Assembly (NCBI GenBank): GCA_964016885.1
Contig: OZ024742.1
Coordinates: forward strand, 11,656,001-11,720,000
Source: Eledone cirrhosa
Taxonomy: Eukaryota
Direction of reading: 5' to 3'
DNA length: 64,000 nt
Notes under the pieces: model-generated
The model's database searches: none
The model's input: only the letters and a program-made list of their open reading frames with translations
Told to the model about the DNA's origin: nothing
Part shown: positions 40,101 through 55,100 of the stretch, in pieces
How the letters are laid out: each line of letters opens with the position of its first letter
How positions within the stretch are numbered: the stretch's first letter is position 1
Translations under genes and position numbers: made by a program

Positions 40101-43100
40101 CGTTAATTCCAGAACGTTTATGCCAGAACCTTAATTCCAGAAAGTTATTTCCAGAACGTTAATTCCAGAACGTTAATTCCGGAAATTTATTTCCAGATCA
40201 TTAATTTCAGAACGTTAATTCCAGAAAGTTAATTCCAGAACGTTAATTCCAGAACATTTATTCCAGAACGTTAATTCCAGAACGTTTATGCCAGAACCTT
40301 AATTCCAAAACGTTAATTCCATAAAGATATTTTCAGATCATTAATTTCAGAACGTTAATTCCAGAACTTTTTTTCCAGAAAGTTAATTCCAGAAGGTTTA
40401 TTCCAGAACGTTAATTCCAGAATGTTAATTACAGAAAGTTAATTCCAGAACGATGATTCCAGAACATTTATTCCAGAACGTTAATTCCAGAACGGTAATT
40501 CCAGAACGTTAATTCCAGAACGTTAATCCCAGTACGTTAATTCCAGAACGTTAATTCCACAACGTTAGTTCCAGACCGTTAATTCCAGAACGTTTATATC
40601 AAAACGTTAATTCCAGAACGTTAATTCCAGAACGTTAATTCCAGAACGTTAATTCCAGAACGTTAATTCCAGAAAGTTAATTCTAGAACGTTAATTCCAG
40701 AACATTAATTCCAAAACGTTAATTCCAGAAAGTCAATTCCAGAATGTTAATTCCAGAACGTTAATTCCATAAAGTTAATTCAAGAAAGTTAATTACAGAA
40801 CGTTAATTTCAGAACGTTAATTCAAGAATGTTACTTACAGAAATTTAATTCCAGAACATTAATTCCAGAACGTTAATTCCAGAACGTATAATTCCAGAAC
40901 GTTAATTCCAGAACGTTAATTTCAGAGCGTTAATTCCAGAACGTTAATTACAGAACGTTAATTTCAGAACGTTATTTCAAGAATGTTATTTACAGAAATT
41001 TAATTCCAGAACATTAATTCCAGAACGGTAATTCCAGAACGTTAATTCCAGAATATTAATTCCAGAACGTTAATTCCAGAACGTTAATTCGAGAAAGATA
41101 ATTCTAGAACGTTAAGTCCACAACGTTAATTCCAGAACGTTAATTCCAGAACGTTTATTCCAGAACGTTAATTCCTGAACGTTAATTCCAGAACGGTAAT
41201 TCCAGAACGTTAATTCCATAACGTTAATTCCAGAACGTTAATTGCAGAAAGTTAATTCCAGAACCTTAATTCCAGAACGTTCATGTCAGAATGTTAGTTC
41301 CAGAATGTTAATTCCAGAAGGTTTATGCCAGAACGTTAATTCCAGAACGTTAATTCCAGAACGTTAATTCTAGAAAGATAATTCCAGAACGTTAATTCCA
41401 GAAAGTTAATTCCAGAAAATTAATTCCAGAACGTTCATTCCAGAAAGTTAATTCCAGAACGTAAATTCCAGAACATTAATTCCAAAACGTTAATTCCAGA
41501 AAGTCAATTCCAGAATGTTAATTCCAGAACGTTAATTCCATAAAGTTAATTCCAGAACGTTAATTACAGAACGTTAATTTCAGAACGTAAATTCAAGAAT
41601 GTTAATTACAGAAATTTAATTCCCGAACATTAATTCCAGAACGTTAATTCCAGAACGTTTATTCCAGAATGTTAATTCCAGAACGTTAATTTCAGAGCGT
41701 TAGTTCCAGAACGTTAATTCCAGAACATTAATTCCATCCCGTTAATTCCAGAACGTTAATTCCAGAACGTTAATTCTAGAACATTAATTCCAGAACGTTA
41801 ATTCCAGAACGTTAATTACAGAAACGTTAATTCCAGAAAGTTAATTCCAGAACGTTATTTCCAGAACCTTAATTCCAGAACGGTAATTGCAGAACGTTAA
41901 TTCCATAACGTTAATTCCAGAACATAAATTCCAGAACGTTAATTCCAGAACGTTAAATCCGGAACGTTAATTCCAGAACGTTAATTCCAGAACGTTTATT
42001 CCAGAGCGTTAATTCCAGAACTTTTTTGCCAGAACGTTAATTACAGAACGTTAATTCCAAAACGTTAATTCCAGAACGTTAATTCCACCACGTTAATTCC
42101 AGAAAGTTAATTCCAGAACGTTAATTCCAGAAAGTTAATTCCAGAAAATTAATTCCAGAACGTTAATTCCAGAAAGTTAATTCCAGAACGTTAATTCCAG
42201 AACATTAATTCCAGAACGTTAATTCCAGAAAGTCAATTCCAGAATGTTAATTCCATAACGTTAATTCCGTAAAGTTAATTCCAGAACGTTAATTACAGAA
42301 CGTTAATTTCAGAACGTTAATTCAAGAATGTTAATTACAGAAATTTAATTCCAGAACATTAATTCCAGAACGTTAATTACAGAACGTTAATTCCAGAACG
42401 TTAATTCGAGAAAGATAATTCTACAACGTTAATTCCAGAACGTTAATTCAAGAAAGATAATTCTAGAACGTTAAATCCAGAACGTTAATTCCAGAACCTT
42501 TATTCCAGAACGTTAATTCCTGAACATTAATTCCAGAACGGTAATTCCAGAACGTTAATTCCATAACGTTAATTCCAGAGCGTTAATTCCAGAACGTTTA
42601 TGCCAGAAAGTTAATTCCAGAACGTTAATTCCGGAACGTTAATTAAGGAACGTTAATTCGAGAACGTTAATTCCAGAACGTTAATTCCAGTACGTTAATT
42701 CCAGAACGTTAATTCCAGAAAGTTAATTCCAGAACGGTAATTACAGAACGTTAATTCCAGAAAGTTTTTTCGAGAAAATTAATTTCAGAACGTTAATTCC
42801 AGAACGTTAATTCCAGAACTTTAATTCCATAACCTTAATGGCAGAACATTAATTCCGGAGCGTTAATTCCAGAACGTTAATTCCACAACGTTAATTCAAG
42901 AACGTTTATGTCAGAACGTTAATTCCAGAAAGTTATTTCCAGAACATTAATTCCAGTACGTTAATTGCAGAACGTTTATTCCAGAACGTTAATACCAGAA
43001 CGTTAATTCCAGAACGTTAATTCCAGAAAGTTAATTCCAGAACATTAATTCCAGAACGTTAATGCCAAAACGTTTATTCCAGAACGTTAATTCCATAAAG

Positions 43101-46100
43101 TTAATTCCAGAACGTTAATTACAGAACGTTAATTTCAGAACGTAAATTCAAGAATGTTAATTACAGAAATTTAATTCCCGAACATTAATTCCAGAACGTT
43201 AATTCCAGAACGTTAATTCCAGAAAGTTAATTCCAGAAAATTAATTCCAGAACGTTCATTCCAGAAAGTTAATTCCAGAACGTAAATTTCAGAACATTAA
43301 TTCCAAAACGTTAATTCCAGAAAGTCAATTCCAGAATGTTAATTCCAGAACGTTAATTCCATAAAGTTAATTCCAGAACGTTAATTACAGAACGTTAATT
43401 TCAGAACGTAAATTCAAGAATGTTAATTACAGAAATTTAATTCCCGAACATTAATTCCAGAACGTTAATTCCAGAACGTTTATTCCAGAATGTTAATTCC
43501 AGAACGTTAATTTCAGAGCGTTAGTTCCAGAACGTTAATTCCAGAACATTAATTCCATCCCGTTAATTCCAGAACGTTAATTCCAGAACGTTAATTCTAG
43601 AACATTAATTCCAGAACGTTAATTCCAGAACGTTAATTTCAGAAACGTTAATTCCAGAAAGTTAATTCCAGAACGTTATTTCCAGAACCTTAATTCCAGA
43701 ACGGTAATTGCAGAACGTTAATTACATAACGTTAATTCCAGAACATAAATTCCAGAACGTTAATTCCAGAACGTTAAATCCGGAACGTTAATTCCAGAAC
43801 GTTAATTCCAGAACGTTTATTCCAGAGCGTTAATTCCAGAACTTTTTTGCCAGAACGTTAATTACAGAACGTTAATTCCAAAACGTTAATTTCAGAACGT
43901 TAATTCCAGAACTTTAATTCCAGAGCGTTAATTACGGAGCGTTAATTCCAGAAAGTTAATTCCAGAACGTTAATTCCACCACGTTAATTCCAGAAAGTTA
44001 ATTCCAGAACGTTAATTCCAGAAAGTTAATTCCAGAAAATTAATTCCAGAACGTTAATTCCAGAAAGTTAATTCCAGAACGTTAATTCCAGAACATTAAT
44101 TCCAGAACGTTAATTCCAGAAAGTCAATTCCAGAATGTTAATTCCATAACGTTAATTCCGTAAAGTTAATTCCAGAACGTTAATTACAGAACGTTAATTT
44201 CAGAACGTTAATTCAAGAATGTTAATTACAGAAATTTAATTCCAGAACATTAATTCCAGAACGTTAATTACAGAACGTTAATTCCAGAACGTTAATTCGA
44301 GAAAGATAATTCTACAACGTTAATTCCAGAACGTTAATTCAAGAAAGATAATTCTAGAACGTTAAATCCAGAACGTTAATTCCAGAACCTTTATTCCAGA
44401 ACGTTAATTCCTGAACATTAATTCCAGAACGGTAATTCCAGAACGTTAATTCCATAACGTTAATTCCAGAGCGTTAATTCCAGAACGTTTATGCCAGAAC
44501 GTTAATTCCAGAACGTTAATTCCGGAACGTTAATTCAGGAACGTTAATTCGAGAACGTTAATTCCAGAACGTTAATTCCAGTACGTTAATTCCAGAACGT
44601 TAATTCCAGAAAGTTAATTCCAGAACGGTAATTACAGAACGTTAATTCCAGAAAGTTTTTTCGAGAAAATTAATTTCAGAACGTTAATTCCAGAACGTTA
44701 ATTCCAGAACTTTAATTCCATAACCTTAATTGCAGAACATTAATTCCGGAGCGTTAATTCCAGAACGTTAATTCCACAACGTTAATTCAAGAACGTTTAT
44801 GTCAGAACGTTAATTCCAGAAAGTTATTTCCAGAACATTAATTCCAGTACGTTAATTGCAGAACGTTTATTCCAGAACGTTAATACCAGAACGTTAATTC
44901 CAGAACGTTAATTCCAGAAAGTTAATTCCAGAACATTAATTCCAGAACGTTAATGCCAAAACGTTTATTCCAGAAAGTTATTTTCAGATCATTAATTTCA
45001 GAGTTATTTCCAGAACATTAATTCCAGTACGTTAATTCCAGAATGTTAATTCCAGAACGTTAATTCAGGAAAGTTATTTCCAGATCATTAATTTCAGAAC
45101 GTTAATTCCAGAATGTTTATTCCAGAACGTTAATTCCAGAACGTTAATTCCAGAAAGTTATTTGCAGATCATTAATTTCAGAAAGTTATTTCCAGAACAT
45201 TAATTCCAGTACGTTAATTCCAGAATGTTAATTCCAGAACGTTAATTCAGGAAAGTTATTTCCAGAACATTAATTTCAGAACATTAATTCCAGAACGTTA
45301 ATTCCAGAACATTAATTCCAGAACGTTAATTCCAGAATGTTAATTACAGAAATTTAATTCCAGAACATTAATTCCAGAACGTTAATTCCAGAACGTTTAT
45401 GCCAGAACGTTAATTCGAGAAAGTTATTTCCAGAACATTAATTCCAGTACGTTAATTCCAGAACGTTTATTCCAGAACGTTAATTCCAGAACATTAATTC
45501 CAGAACTTTAATTCCAGAACGTTAATACCAGAACGTTAATTCCAGAACGTTAATTCCAGAACGTTAATTCCAGAAAGTTATTTTCAAATCATTAATTTCA
45601 GAACGTTAATTCCAGAATCTTTCTTCCAGAACGTTTATTCCAGAGCGTTAATTCTAGAATGTTAATTCCAGATCATTAATTCCAGAACGTTACTTCCTAA
45701 ACGTTAATTCCAGAACGTTTATGCCAGAACCTTAATTCCAGAAAGTTATTTCCAGAACGTTAATTCCAGAACGTTAATTCCGGAAATTTATTTCCAGATC
45801 ATTAATTTCAGAACGTTAATTCCAGAAAGTTAATTCCAGAACGTTAATTCCAGAACATTTATTCCAGAACGTTAATTCCAGAACGTTTATGCCAGAACCT
45901 TAATTCCAAAACGTTAATTCCATAAAGATATTTTCAGATCATTAATTTCAGAACGTTAATTCCAGAACTTTTTTTCCAGAAAGTTAATTCCAGAAGGTTT
46001 ATTCCAGAACGTTAATTCCAGAATGTTAATTACAGAAAGTTAATTCCAGAACGATGATTCCAGAACATTTATTCCAGAACGTTAATTCCAGAACGGTAAT

Positions 46101-49100
46101 TCCAGAACGTTAATTCCAGAACGTTAATCCCAGTACGTTAATTCCAGAACGTTAATTCCACAACGTTAGTTCCAGACCGTTAATTCCAGAACGTTTATAT
46201 CAAAACGTTAATTCCAGAACGTTAATTCCAGAACGTTAATTCCAGAACGTTAATTCCAGAACGTTAATTCCAGAAAGTTAATTCTAGAACGTTAATTCCA
46301 GAACATTAATTCCAAAACGTTAATTCCAGAAAGTCAATTCCAGAATGTTAATTCCAGAACGTTAATTCCATAAAGTTAATTCAAGAAAGTTAATTACAGA
46401 ACGTTAATTTCAGAACGTTAATTCAAGAATGTTACTTACAGAAATTTAATTCCAGAACATTAATTCCAGAACGTTAATTCCAGAACGTATAATTCCAGAA
46501 CGTTAATTCCAGAACGTTAATTTCAGAGCGTTAATTCCAGAACGTTAATTCCAAAACGTTAATTCCAGAAAGTTATTTTGAGATCATTAATTTCAGAACA
46601 TTAATTCCAGAACATTTATTCCACAACGTTAATTCCAGAAAGATATTTTCAGATCATTAATTTCAGAACATTAATTCCAGAGGATTTATTCCAGAAAGTT
46701 AATTCCAGAACGTATAATTCCAGAACGTTAATTCCAGAACGTTAATTCCAGAACGTTAATTCCAAAACGTTAATTCCAGAAAGATATTTTCAGATCATTA
46801 ATTTCAGAACATTAATTCCAGAACATTTATTCCAGAAAGTTAATTCCAGAACGTATAATACCAGAACGTTAATTCCAGAACGTTAATTCCAGAACATTTA
46901 TTCCAAAACGTTAATTCCAGAACGATAATTCGAGAACGTTAGTGCCAGAACGTTAATTCCAGAACGTTAATTCCAGAAAGTTAATTCCAGAACATTAATT
47001 CCAGAACATTTATTCCGAAACGTTAATTCCAGAACGTTTATGCCAGAACGTTAATTCCAAAACGTTAATTACATAAAGATATTTTCAGAACGTTTATTCC
47101 AGAACGTTAATTCCAGTACGTTAATTCCAGAACGTTTATTACAGAAAGTTCATACCAGAATGTTGATTACAGAACATTTATTCCAGAACGTTAATTCCAG
47201 AACGGTAATTCCAGAACGTTTATGCCAGAACGTTAATTCCAGAACGTCAATTCCAGAACGTTAATACCAGAACGGTAATTCCAGAACGTTAATCCCAGTA
47301 CGTTAATTCCAGAACGTTAATTCCAGAACGTTAGTTCCAGAGCGTTAATTCCAGAACGTTAATTCCAGAACGTTAATTCCAGAACGTTAATTCCAGAACG
47401 TTAATTCCAGAACGTTTATGCCAGAACGTTAATTCCAGAATGTTAATTTCAGAACGTTAATTCCAGAACGTTAATTCCAAAATTTATTACCAGAATGTTA
47501 ATTCCAGAAAGTTAATTCCAGAACGTTAATTCCAGCAAATTAATTCCAGAACGTTAATTCCAGAACGTTAATACCAGAAAGTCAATTCCAGAACGTTAAT
47601 TCCAGAAAATTAATTCCAGAACGTTAATTCCAGAACATTAATTCTAGAAAGTTATTTCCAGAACATTAATTCCAGTACGTTAATTCCAGAACGTTTATTC
47701 CAGAACGTTAATTCCAGAACGTTAATTCCAGAGCGTTAATTCCAGAAAGTTAATTCCAGAACGTTAATTCCAGAACCTTAATTCCACAACGTTAATTCCA
47801 GAAAGTTATTTTGAGATAATTAATTTCAAAACGTTAATTCCAGAACATTTATTGCAGAACGTTAATTCCAGAACGTTAATTCCAGAATGTTTATGCCAGA
47901 GCGTTAATTCCAGAACGTCAATTCCAGAACGTTAATACCAGAACGTTAATTCCAGAACGTTAATTCCAGAGCGTTAATTCCAGAACATTCATGTCAGAAC
48001 GTTAATTCCAGAACGTTTATGCCAGAACGTTAATTCCGGAATGTTAATTACAGAACGTCAATTCCAGAACGTTAATTCCAGAACGTTAATTCCAGAAAGT
48101 TAATTACAGAAAATTAATTCCAGAACGTTCATTCCAGAAAGTCAATTCCAGAATGTTAATTCCAGAACGTTAATTCAATAAAGTTAATTCCAGTACGTTA
48201 ATTACAGAACGTTAATTTCAGAACGTTATTTCAAGAATGTTATTTACAGAAATTTAATTCCAGAACATTAATTCCAGAACGGTAATTCCAGAACGTTAAT
48301 TCCAGAATATTAATTCCAGAACGTTAATTCCAGAACGTTAATTCGAGAAAGATAATTCTAGAACGTTAAGTCCACAACGTTAATTCCAGAACGTTAATTC
48401 CAGAACGTTTATTCCAGAACGTTAATTCCTGAACGTTAATTCCAGAACGGTAATTCCAGAACGTTAATTCCATAACGTTAATTCCAGAACGTTAATTGCA
48501 GAACGTTAATTCCAGAACGTTAATTCCAGTACGTTAATTCCAGAACGTTAATTCCAGAAAGTTAATTCCAGAACGTTAATTACAGAACGTTAATTCCAGA
48601 AAGTTATTTCGAGAACATTAATTTCAGAACGTTAATTCCAGAACGTTAATTACAGAACGTTAATTCCGGAGCGTTAATTCCAGAACGTTATTACCACAAC
48701 GTTAATTCAAGAACGTTTATGCCAGAACGTTAATTCCAGAAAGTTATTTCCAGAACATTAATTCCAGTACGTTAATTCCAGAACGTTTATTCCAGAAAGT
48801 TAATTCCAGAACATTAATTCCAGAACGTTAATGCCAAAACATTTATTCAAGAACGTTAATTCCAGAACGTTAATTCTGAAACGTTAATACCAGAAAGTTA
48901 ATTCCAGAACGTTAATTCCAGAAATTTAATTCCAGAAACTTAATTCCAGAAAGTTAATTCCATAACGTTAATTCCAGAAAGTTAATTCCAGAAAGTTAAT
49001 TCCAGAACGGTTATGCCAAAACGTTAATTCCAGAACGGAAATTCTAGAACATTAATTCCAGAACGTTAATTCCAGAACGTTAATACCAGAACGTTAATTC

Positions 49101-52100
49101 CAAAACGTTATTTCCAGAAAGTTAATTCCAGAACGTTAATTCCAGAAGGTTAATTCCAGAACGTTAATTCCAGAAAGTTATTTTCAAATCATTAATTTCA
49201 GAACGTTAATTCCAGAACGTTAATTCTAGAATGTTAATTCCAGATCATTAATTCCAGAACGTTAATTCCTAAACGTTAATTCCTGAACGTTTATGCCAGA
49301 ACCTTAATTCCAGAAAGTTATTTCCAGATCATTAATTTCAGAACGTTAATTCCAGAAAGTTAATTCCAGAACGTTAATTCCAGAAGATTTATTCCAGAAC
49401 GTTAATTCCAGAACGTTAATTCCAGAGCGTTTATGCCAGAACGTTAATTCCAAAACGTTAATTCCAGAACGTTTATGCTAGAACGTTAATTCCAGAACGT
49501 CAATTCCAGAACGTTAATTCCAGAACGTTAAATCCGGAACGTTTATGCTAGAACGTTAATTCCAGAACGTCAATTCCAGAACGTTAATACCAGAACGTTA
49601 ATTCCAGAACGTTAATCCCAGTACTTTAATTCCAGAACGTTAATTCCAGAACGTTAGTTCCAGAGCGTTAATTCCAGAACGTTTATGTCAGAACGTTAAT
49701 TCCAGAACGTTAATTCCAGAACGTTAGTTCCAGAACGTTTATGCCAGAACGTTAATTCCAGTACGGTAATTCCAGAACGTTAATTCCAGAACGTTAATTC
49801 CAGAGCGTTAATTCCAGAACGTTTATGTCAGAACGTTAATTCCAGAACGTTAATTCCAGAATGTTAATTTCAGAACGTTAATTCCAGAACGTTAATTCCA
49901 GTACGGTAATTCCAGAACGTTAATTCCAAAATTTATTACCAGAATGTTAATTCCAGAAAGTTAATTCCAGAACGTTAATTCCAGAACGTTAATACCAAAA
50001 AGTCAATTCCAGAACGTTAATTCCAGAAAATTGATTCCAGAACGTTAATTCCAGTACGTTAATTCCAGAACGTTTATTCCAGAACGTTAATTCCAGAACG
50101 TTAATTCCAGAACATTTATTCCAGAACGTTAATTCCGGAATGTTTATGCCAGACCATTAATTCCAGAAGGTCAATTCCAGAACGTTAATACCAGAACGTT
50201 AATTCCAGAACGTTAATCCCAGTACGTTAGTTCCAGAAAGTTAATTCCAGAACCTTAATTCCAGAACGTTCATGTCAGAATGTTAGTTCCAGAATGTTAA
50301 TTCCAGAAGGTTTATGCCAGAACGTTAATTCCAGAACGTTAATTCCAGAACGTTAATTCCAGAACGTTAATTCCAGAAAGATAATTCCAGAACGTTAATT
50401 CCAGAAAGTCAATTCCAGAATGTTAATTCCAGAACGTTAATTCCATAAAGTTAATTCCAGAACGTTAATTACAGAACGTTAATTTCAGAACGTAAATTCA
50501 AGAATGTTAATTACAGAAATTTAATTCCCGAACATTAATTCCAGAACGTTAATTCCAGAACGTTTATTCCAGAATGTTAATTCCAGAACGTTAATTTCAG
50601 AGCGTTAGTTCCAGAACGATAATTCCAGAACATTAATTCCATCCCGTTAATTCCAGAACGTTAATTCCAGAACGTTAATTCTAGAACATTAATTCCAGAA
50701 CGTTAATTCCAGAACGTTAATTTCAGAAACGTTAATTCCAGAAAGTTAATTCCAGAACGTTATTTCCAGAACCTTAATTCCAGAACGGTAATTGCAGAAC
50801 GTTAATTCCATAACGTTAATTCCAGAACATAAATTCCAGAACGTTAATTCCAGAACGTTAAATCCGGAACGTTAATTCCAGAACGTTAATTCCAGAACGT
50901 TTATTCCAGAGCGTTAATTCCAGAACTTTTTTGCCAGAACGTTAATTACAGAACGTTAATTCCAAAACGTTAATTTCAGAACGTTAATTCCAGAACTTTA
51001 ATTCCAGAGCGTTAATTACGGAGCGTTAATTCCAGAAAGTTAATTCCAGAACGTTAATTCCACCACGTTAATTCCAGAAAGTTAATTCCAGAACGTTAAT
51101 TCCAGAAAGTTAATTCCAGAAAATTAATTCCAGAACGTTAATTCCAGAAAGTTAATTCCAGAACGTTAATTCCAGAACATTAATTCCAGAACGTTAATTC
51201 CAGAAAGTAAATTCCAGAATGTTAATTCCATAACGTTAATTCCGTAAAGTTAATTCCAGAACGTTAATTACAGAACGTTAATTTCAGAACGTTAATTCAA
51301 GAATGTTAATTACAGAAATTTAATTCCAGAACATTAATTCCAGAACGTTAATTACAGAACGTTAATTCCAGAACGTTAATTCGAGAAAGATAATTCTACA
51401 ACGTTAATTCCAGAACGTTAATTCAAGAAAGATACTTCTAGAACGTTAAATCCAGAACGTTAATTCCAGAACCTTTATTCCAGAACGTTAATTCCTGAAC
51501 ATTAATTCCAGAACGGTAATTCCAGAACGTTAATTCCATAACGTTAATTCCAGAGCGTTAATTCCAGAACGTTTATGCCAGAACGTTAATTCCAGAACGT
51601 TAATTCCGGAACGTTAATTCAGGAACGTTAATTCGAGAACGTTAATTCCAGAACGTTAATTCCAGTACGTTAATTCCAGAACGTTAATTCCAGAAAGTTA
51701 ATTCCAGAACGGTAATTACAGAACGTTAATTCCAGAAAGTTATTTCGAGAAAATTAATTTCAGAACGTTAATTCCAGAACGTTAATTCCAGAACTTTAAT
51801 TCCATAACCTTAATTGCAGAACATTAATTCCGGAGCGTTAATTCCAGAACGTTAATTCCACAACGTTAATTCAAGAACGTTTATGTCAGAACGTTAATTC
51901 CAGAAAGTTATTTCCAGAACATTAATTCCAGTACGTTAATTGCAGAACGTTTATTCCAGAACGTTAATACCAGAACGTTAATTCCAGAACGTTAATTCCA
52001 GAAAGTTAATTCCAGAACATTAATTCCAGAACGTTAATGCCAAAACGTTTATTCCAGAAAGTTATTTTCAGATCATTAATTTCAGAGTTATTTCCAGAAC

Positions 52101-55100
52101 ATTAATTCCAGTACGTTAATTCCAGAATGTTTATTCCAGAACGTTAATTCCAGAACGTTAATTCCAGAAAGTTATTTGCAGATCATTAATTTCAGAAAGT
52201 TATTTCCAGAACATTAATTCCAGTACGTTAATTCCAGAATGTTAATTCCAGAACGTTAATTCAGGAAAGTTATTTCCAGAACATTAATTTCAGAACATTA
52301 ATTCCAGAACGTTAATTCCAGAACATTAATTCCAGAACGTTAATTCCAGAATGTTAATTACAGAAATTTAATTCCAGAACATTAATTCCAGAACGTTCAT
52401 TCCAGAACGTTTATTCCAGAATGTTAATTCCAGAACGTTAATTTCAGAGCGTTAATTCCAGAACGTTAATTCCAGAACATTAATTCCATCCCGTTAATTA
52501 CAGAACGTTAATTCCAGAACGTTAATTCTAGAACATTAATTCCAGAACGTTAATTCCAGAACGTTAATTTCAGAAACGTTAATTCCAGAAAGTTAATTCC
52601 AGAACGTTATTTCCAGAACCTTAATTCCAGAACGGTAATTGCAGAACGTTAATTCCATAACGTTAATTCCAGAACATAAATTCCAGAACGTTAATTCCAG
52701 AACGTTAAATCCGGAACGTTAATTCCAGAACGTTAATTCCAGAACGTTTATTCCAGAGCATTAATTCCAGAACTTTTTTGCCAGAACGTTAATTACAGAA
52801 CGTTAATTCCAAAACGTTAATTTCAGAACGTTAATTCCAGAACGTTAATTCCACCACGTTAATTCCAGAAAGTTAATTCGAGAACGTTAATTCCAGAAAG
52901 TTGATTCCAGAAAATTAATTCCAGAACGTTAATTCCAGAATGTTAATTACAGAAATTTAATTCCAGAACATTAATTCCAGAACGTTAATTCCAGAACGTT
53001 TATGCCAGAACGTTAATTCGAGAAAGTTATTTCCAGAACATTAATTCCAGTACGTTAATTCCAGAACGTTTATTCCAGAACGTTAATTCCAGAACATTAA
53101 TTCCAGAACTTTAATTCCAGAACGTTAATACCAGAACGTTAATTCCAGAACGTTAATTCCAGAACGTTAATTCCAGAAAGTTATTTTCAAATCATTAATT
53201 TCAGAACGTTAATTCCAGAATCTTTCTTCCAGAACGTTTATTCCAGAGCGTTAATTCTAGAATGTTAATTCCAGATCATTAATTCCAGAACGTTACTTCC
53301 TAAACGTTAATTCCAGAACGTTTATGCCAGAACCTTAATTCCAGAAAGTTATTTCCAGAACGTTAATTCCAGAACGTTAATTCCGGAAATTTATTTCCAG
53401 ATCATTAATTTCAGAACGTTAATTCCAGAAAGTTAATTCCAGAACGTTAATTCCAGAACATTTATTCCAGAACGTTAATTCCAGAACGTTTATGCCAGAA
53501 CCTTAATTCCAAAACGTTAATTCCATAAAGATATTTTCAGATCATTAATTTCAGAACGTTAATTCCAGAACTTTTTTTCCAGAAAGTTAATTCCAGAAGG
53601 TTTATTCCAGAACGTTAATTCCAGAATGTTAATTACAGAAAGTTAATTCCAGAACGATGATTCCAGAACATTTATTCCAGAACGTTAATTCCAGAACGGT
53701 AATTCCAGAACGTTAATTCCAGAACGTTAATCCCAGTACGTTAATTCCAGAACGTTAATTCCACAACGTTAGTTCCAGACCGTTAATTCCAGAACGTTTA
53801 TATCAAAACGTTAATTCCAGAACGTTAATTCCAGAACGTTAATTCCAGAACGTTAATTCCAGAACGTTAATTCCAGAAAGTTAATTCTAGAACGTTAATT
53901 CCAGAACATTAATTCCAAAACGTTAATTCCAGAAAGTCAATTCCAGAATGTTAATTCCAGAACGTTAATTCCATAAAGTTAATTCAAGAAAGTTAATTAC
54001 AGAACGTTAATTTCAGAACGTTAATTCAAGAATGTTACTTACAGAAATTTAATTCCAGAACATTAATTCCAGAACGTTAATTCCAGAACGTATAATTCCA
54101 GAACGTTAATTCCAGAACGTTAATTTCAGAGCGTTAATTCCAGAACGTTAATTCCAAAACGTTAATTCCAGAAAGTTATTTTGAGATCATTAATTTCAGA
54201 ACATTAATTCCAGAACATTTATTCCACAACGTTAATTCCAGAAAGATATTTTCAGATCATTAATTTCAGAACATTAATTCCAGAGGATTTATTCCAGAAA
54301 GTTAATTCCAGAACGTATAATTCCAGAACGTTAATTCCAGAACGTTAATTCCAGAACGTTAATTCCAAAACGTTAATTCCAGAAAGATATTTTCAGATCA
54401 TTAATTTCAGAACATTAATTCCAGAACATTTATTCCAGAAAGTTAATTCCAGAACGTATAATACCAGAACGTTAATTCCAGAACGTTAATTCCAGAACAT
54501 TTATTCCAAAACGTTAATTCCAGAACGATAATTCGAGAACGTTAGTGCCAGAACGTTAATTCCAGAACGTTAATTCCAGAAAGTTAATTCCAGAACATTA
54601 ATTCCAGAACATTTATTCCGAAACGTTAATTCCAGAACGTTTATGCCAGAACGTTAATTCCAAAACGTTAATTACATAAAGATATTTTCAGAACGTTTAT
54701 TCCAGAACGTTAATTCCAGTACGTTAATTCCAGAACGTTTATTACAGAAAGTTCATACCAGAATGTTGATTACAGAACATTTATTCCAGAACGTTAATTC
54801 CAGAACGGTAATTCCAGAACGTTTATGCCAGAACGTTAATTCCAGAACGTCAATTCCAGAACGTTAATACCAGAACGGTAATTCCAGAACGTTAATCCCA
54901 GTACGTTAATTCCAGAACGTTAATTCCAGAACGTTAGTTCCAGAGCGTTAATTCCAGAACGTTAATTCCAGAACGTTAATTCCAGAACGTTAATTCCAGA
55001 ACGTTAATTCCAGAACGTTTATGCCAGAACGTTAATTCCAGAATGTTAATTTCAGAACGTTAATTCCAGAACGTTAATTCCAAAATTTATTACCAGAATG

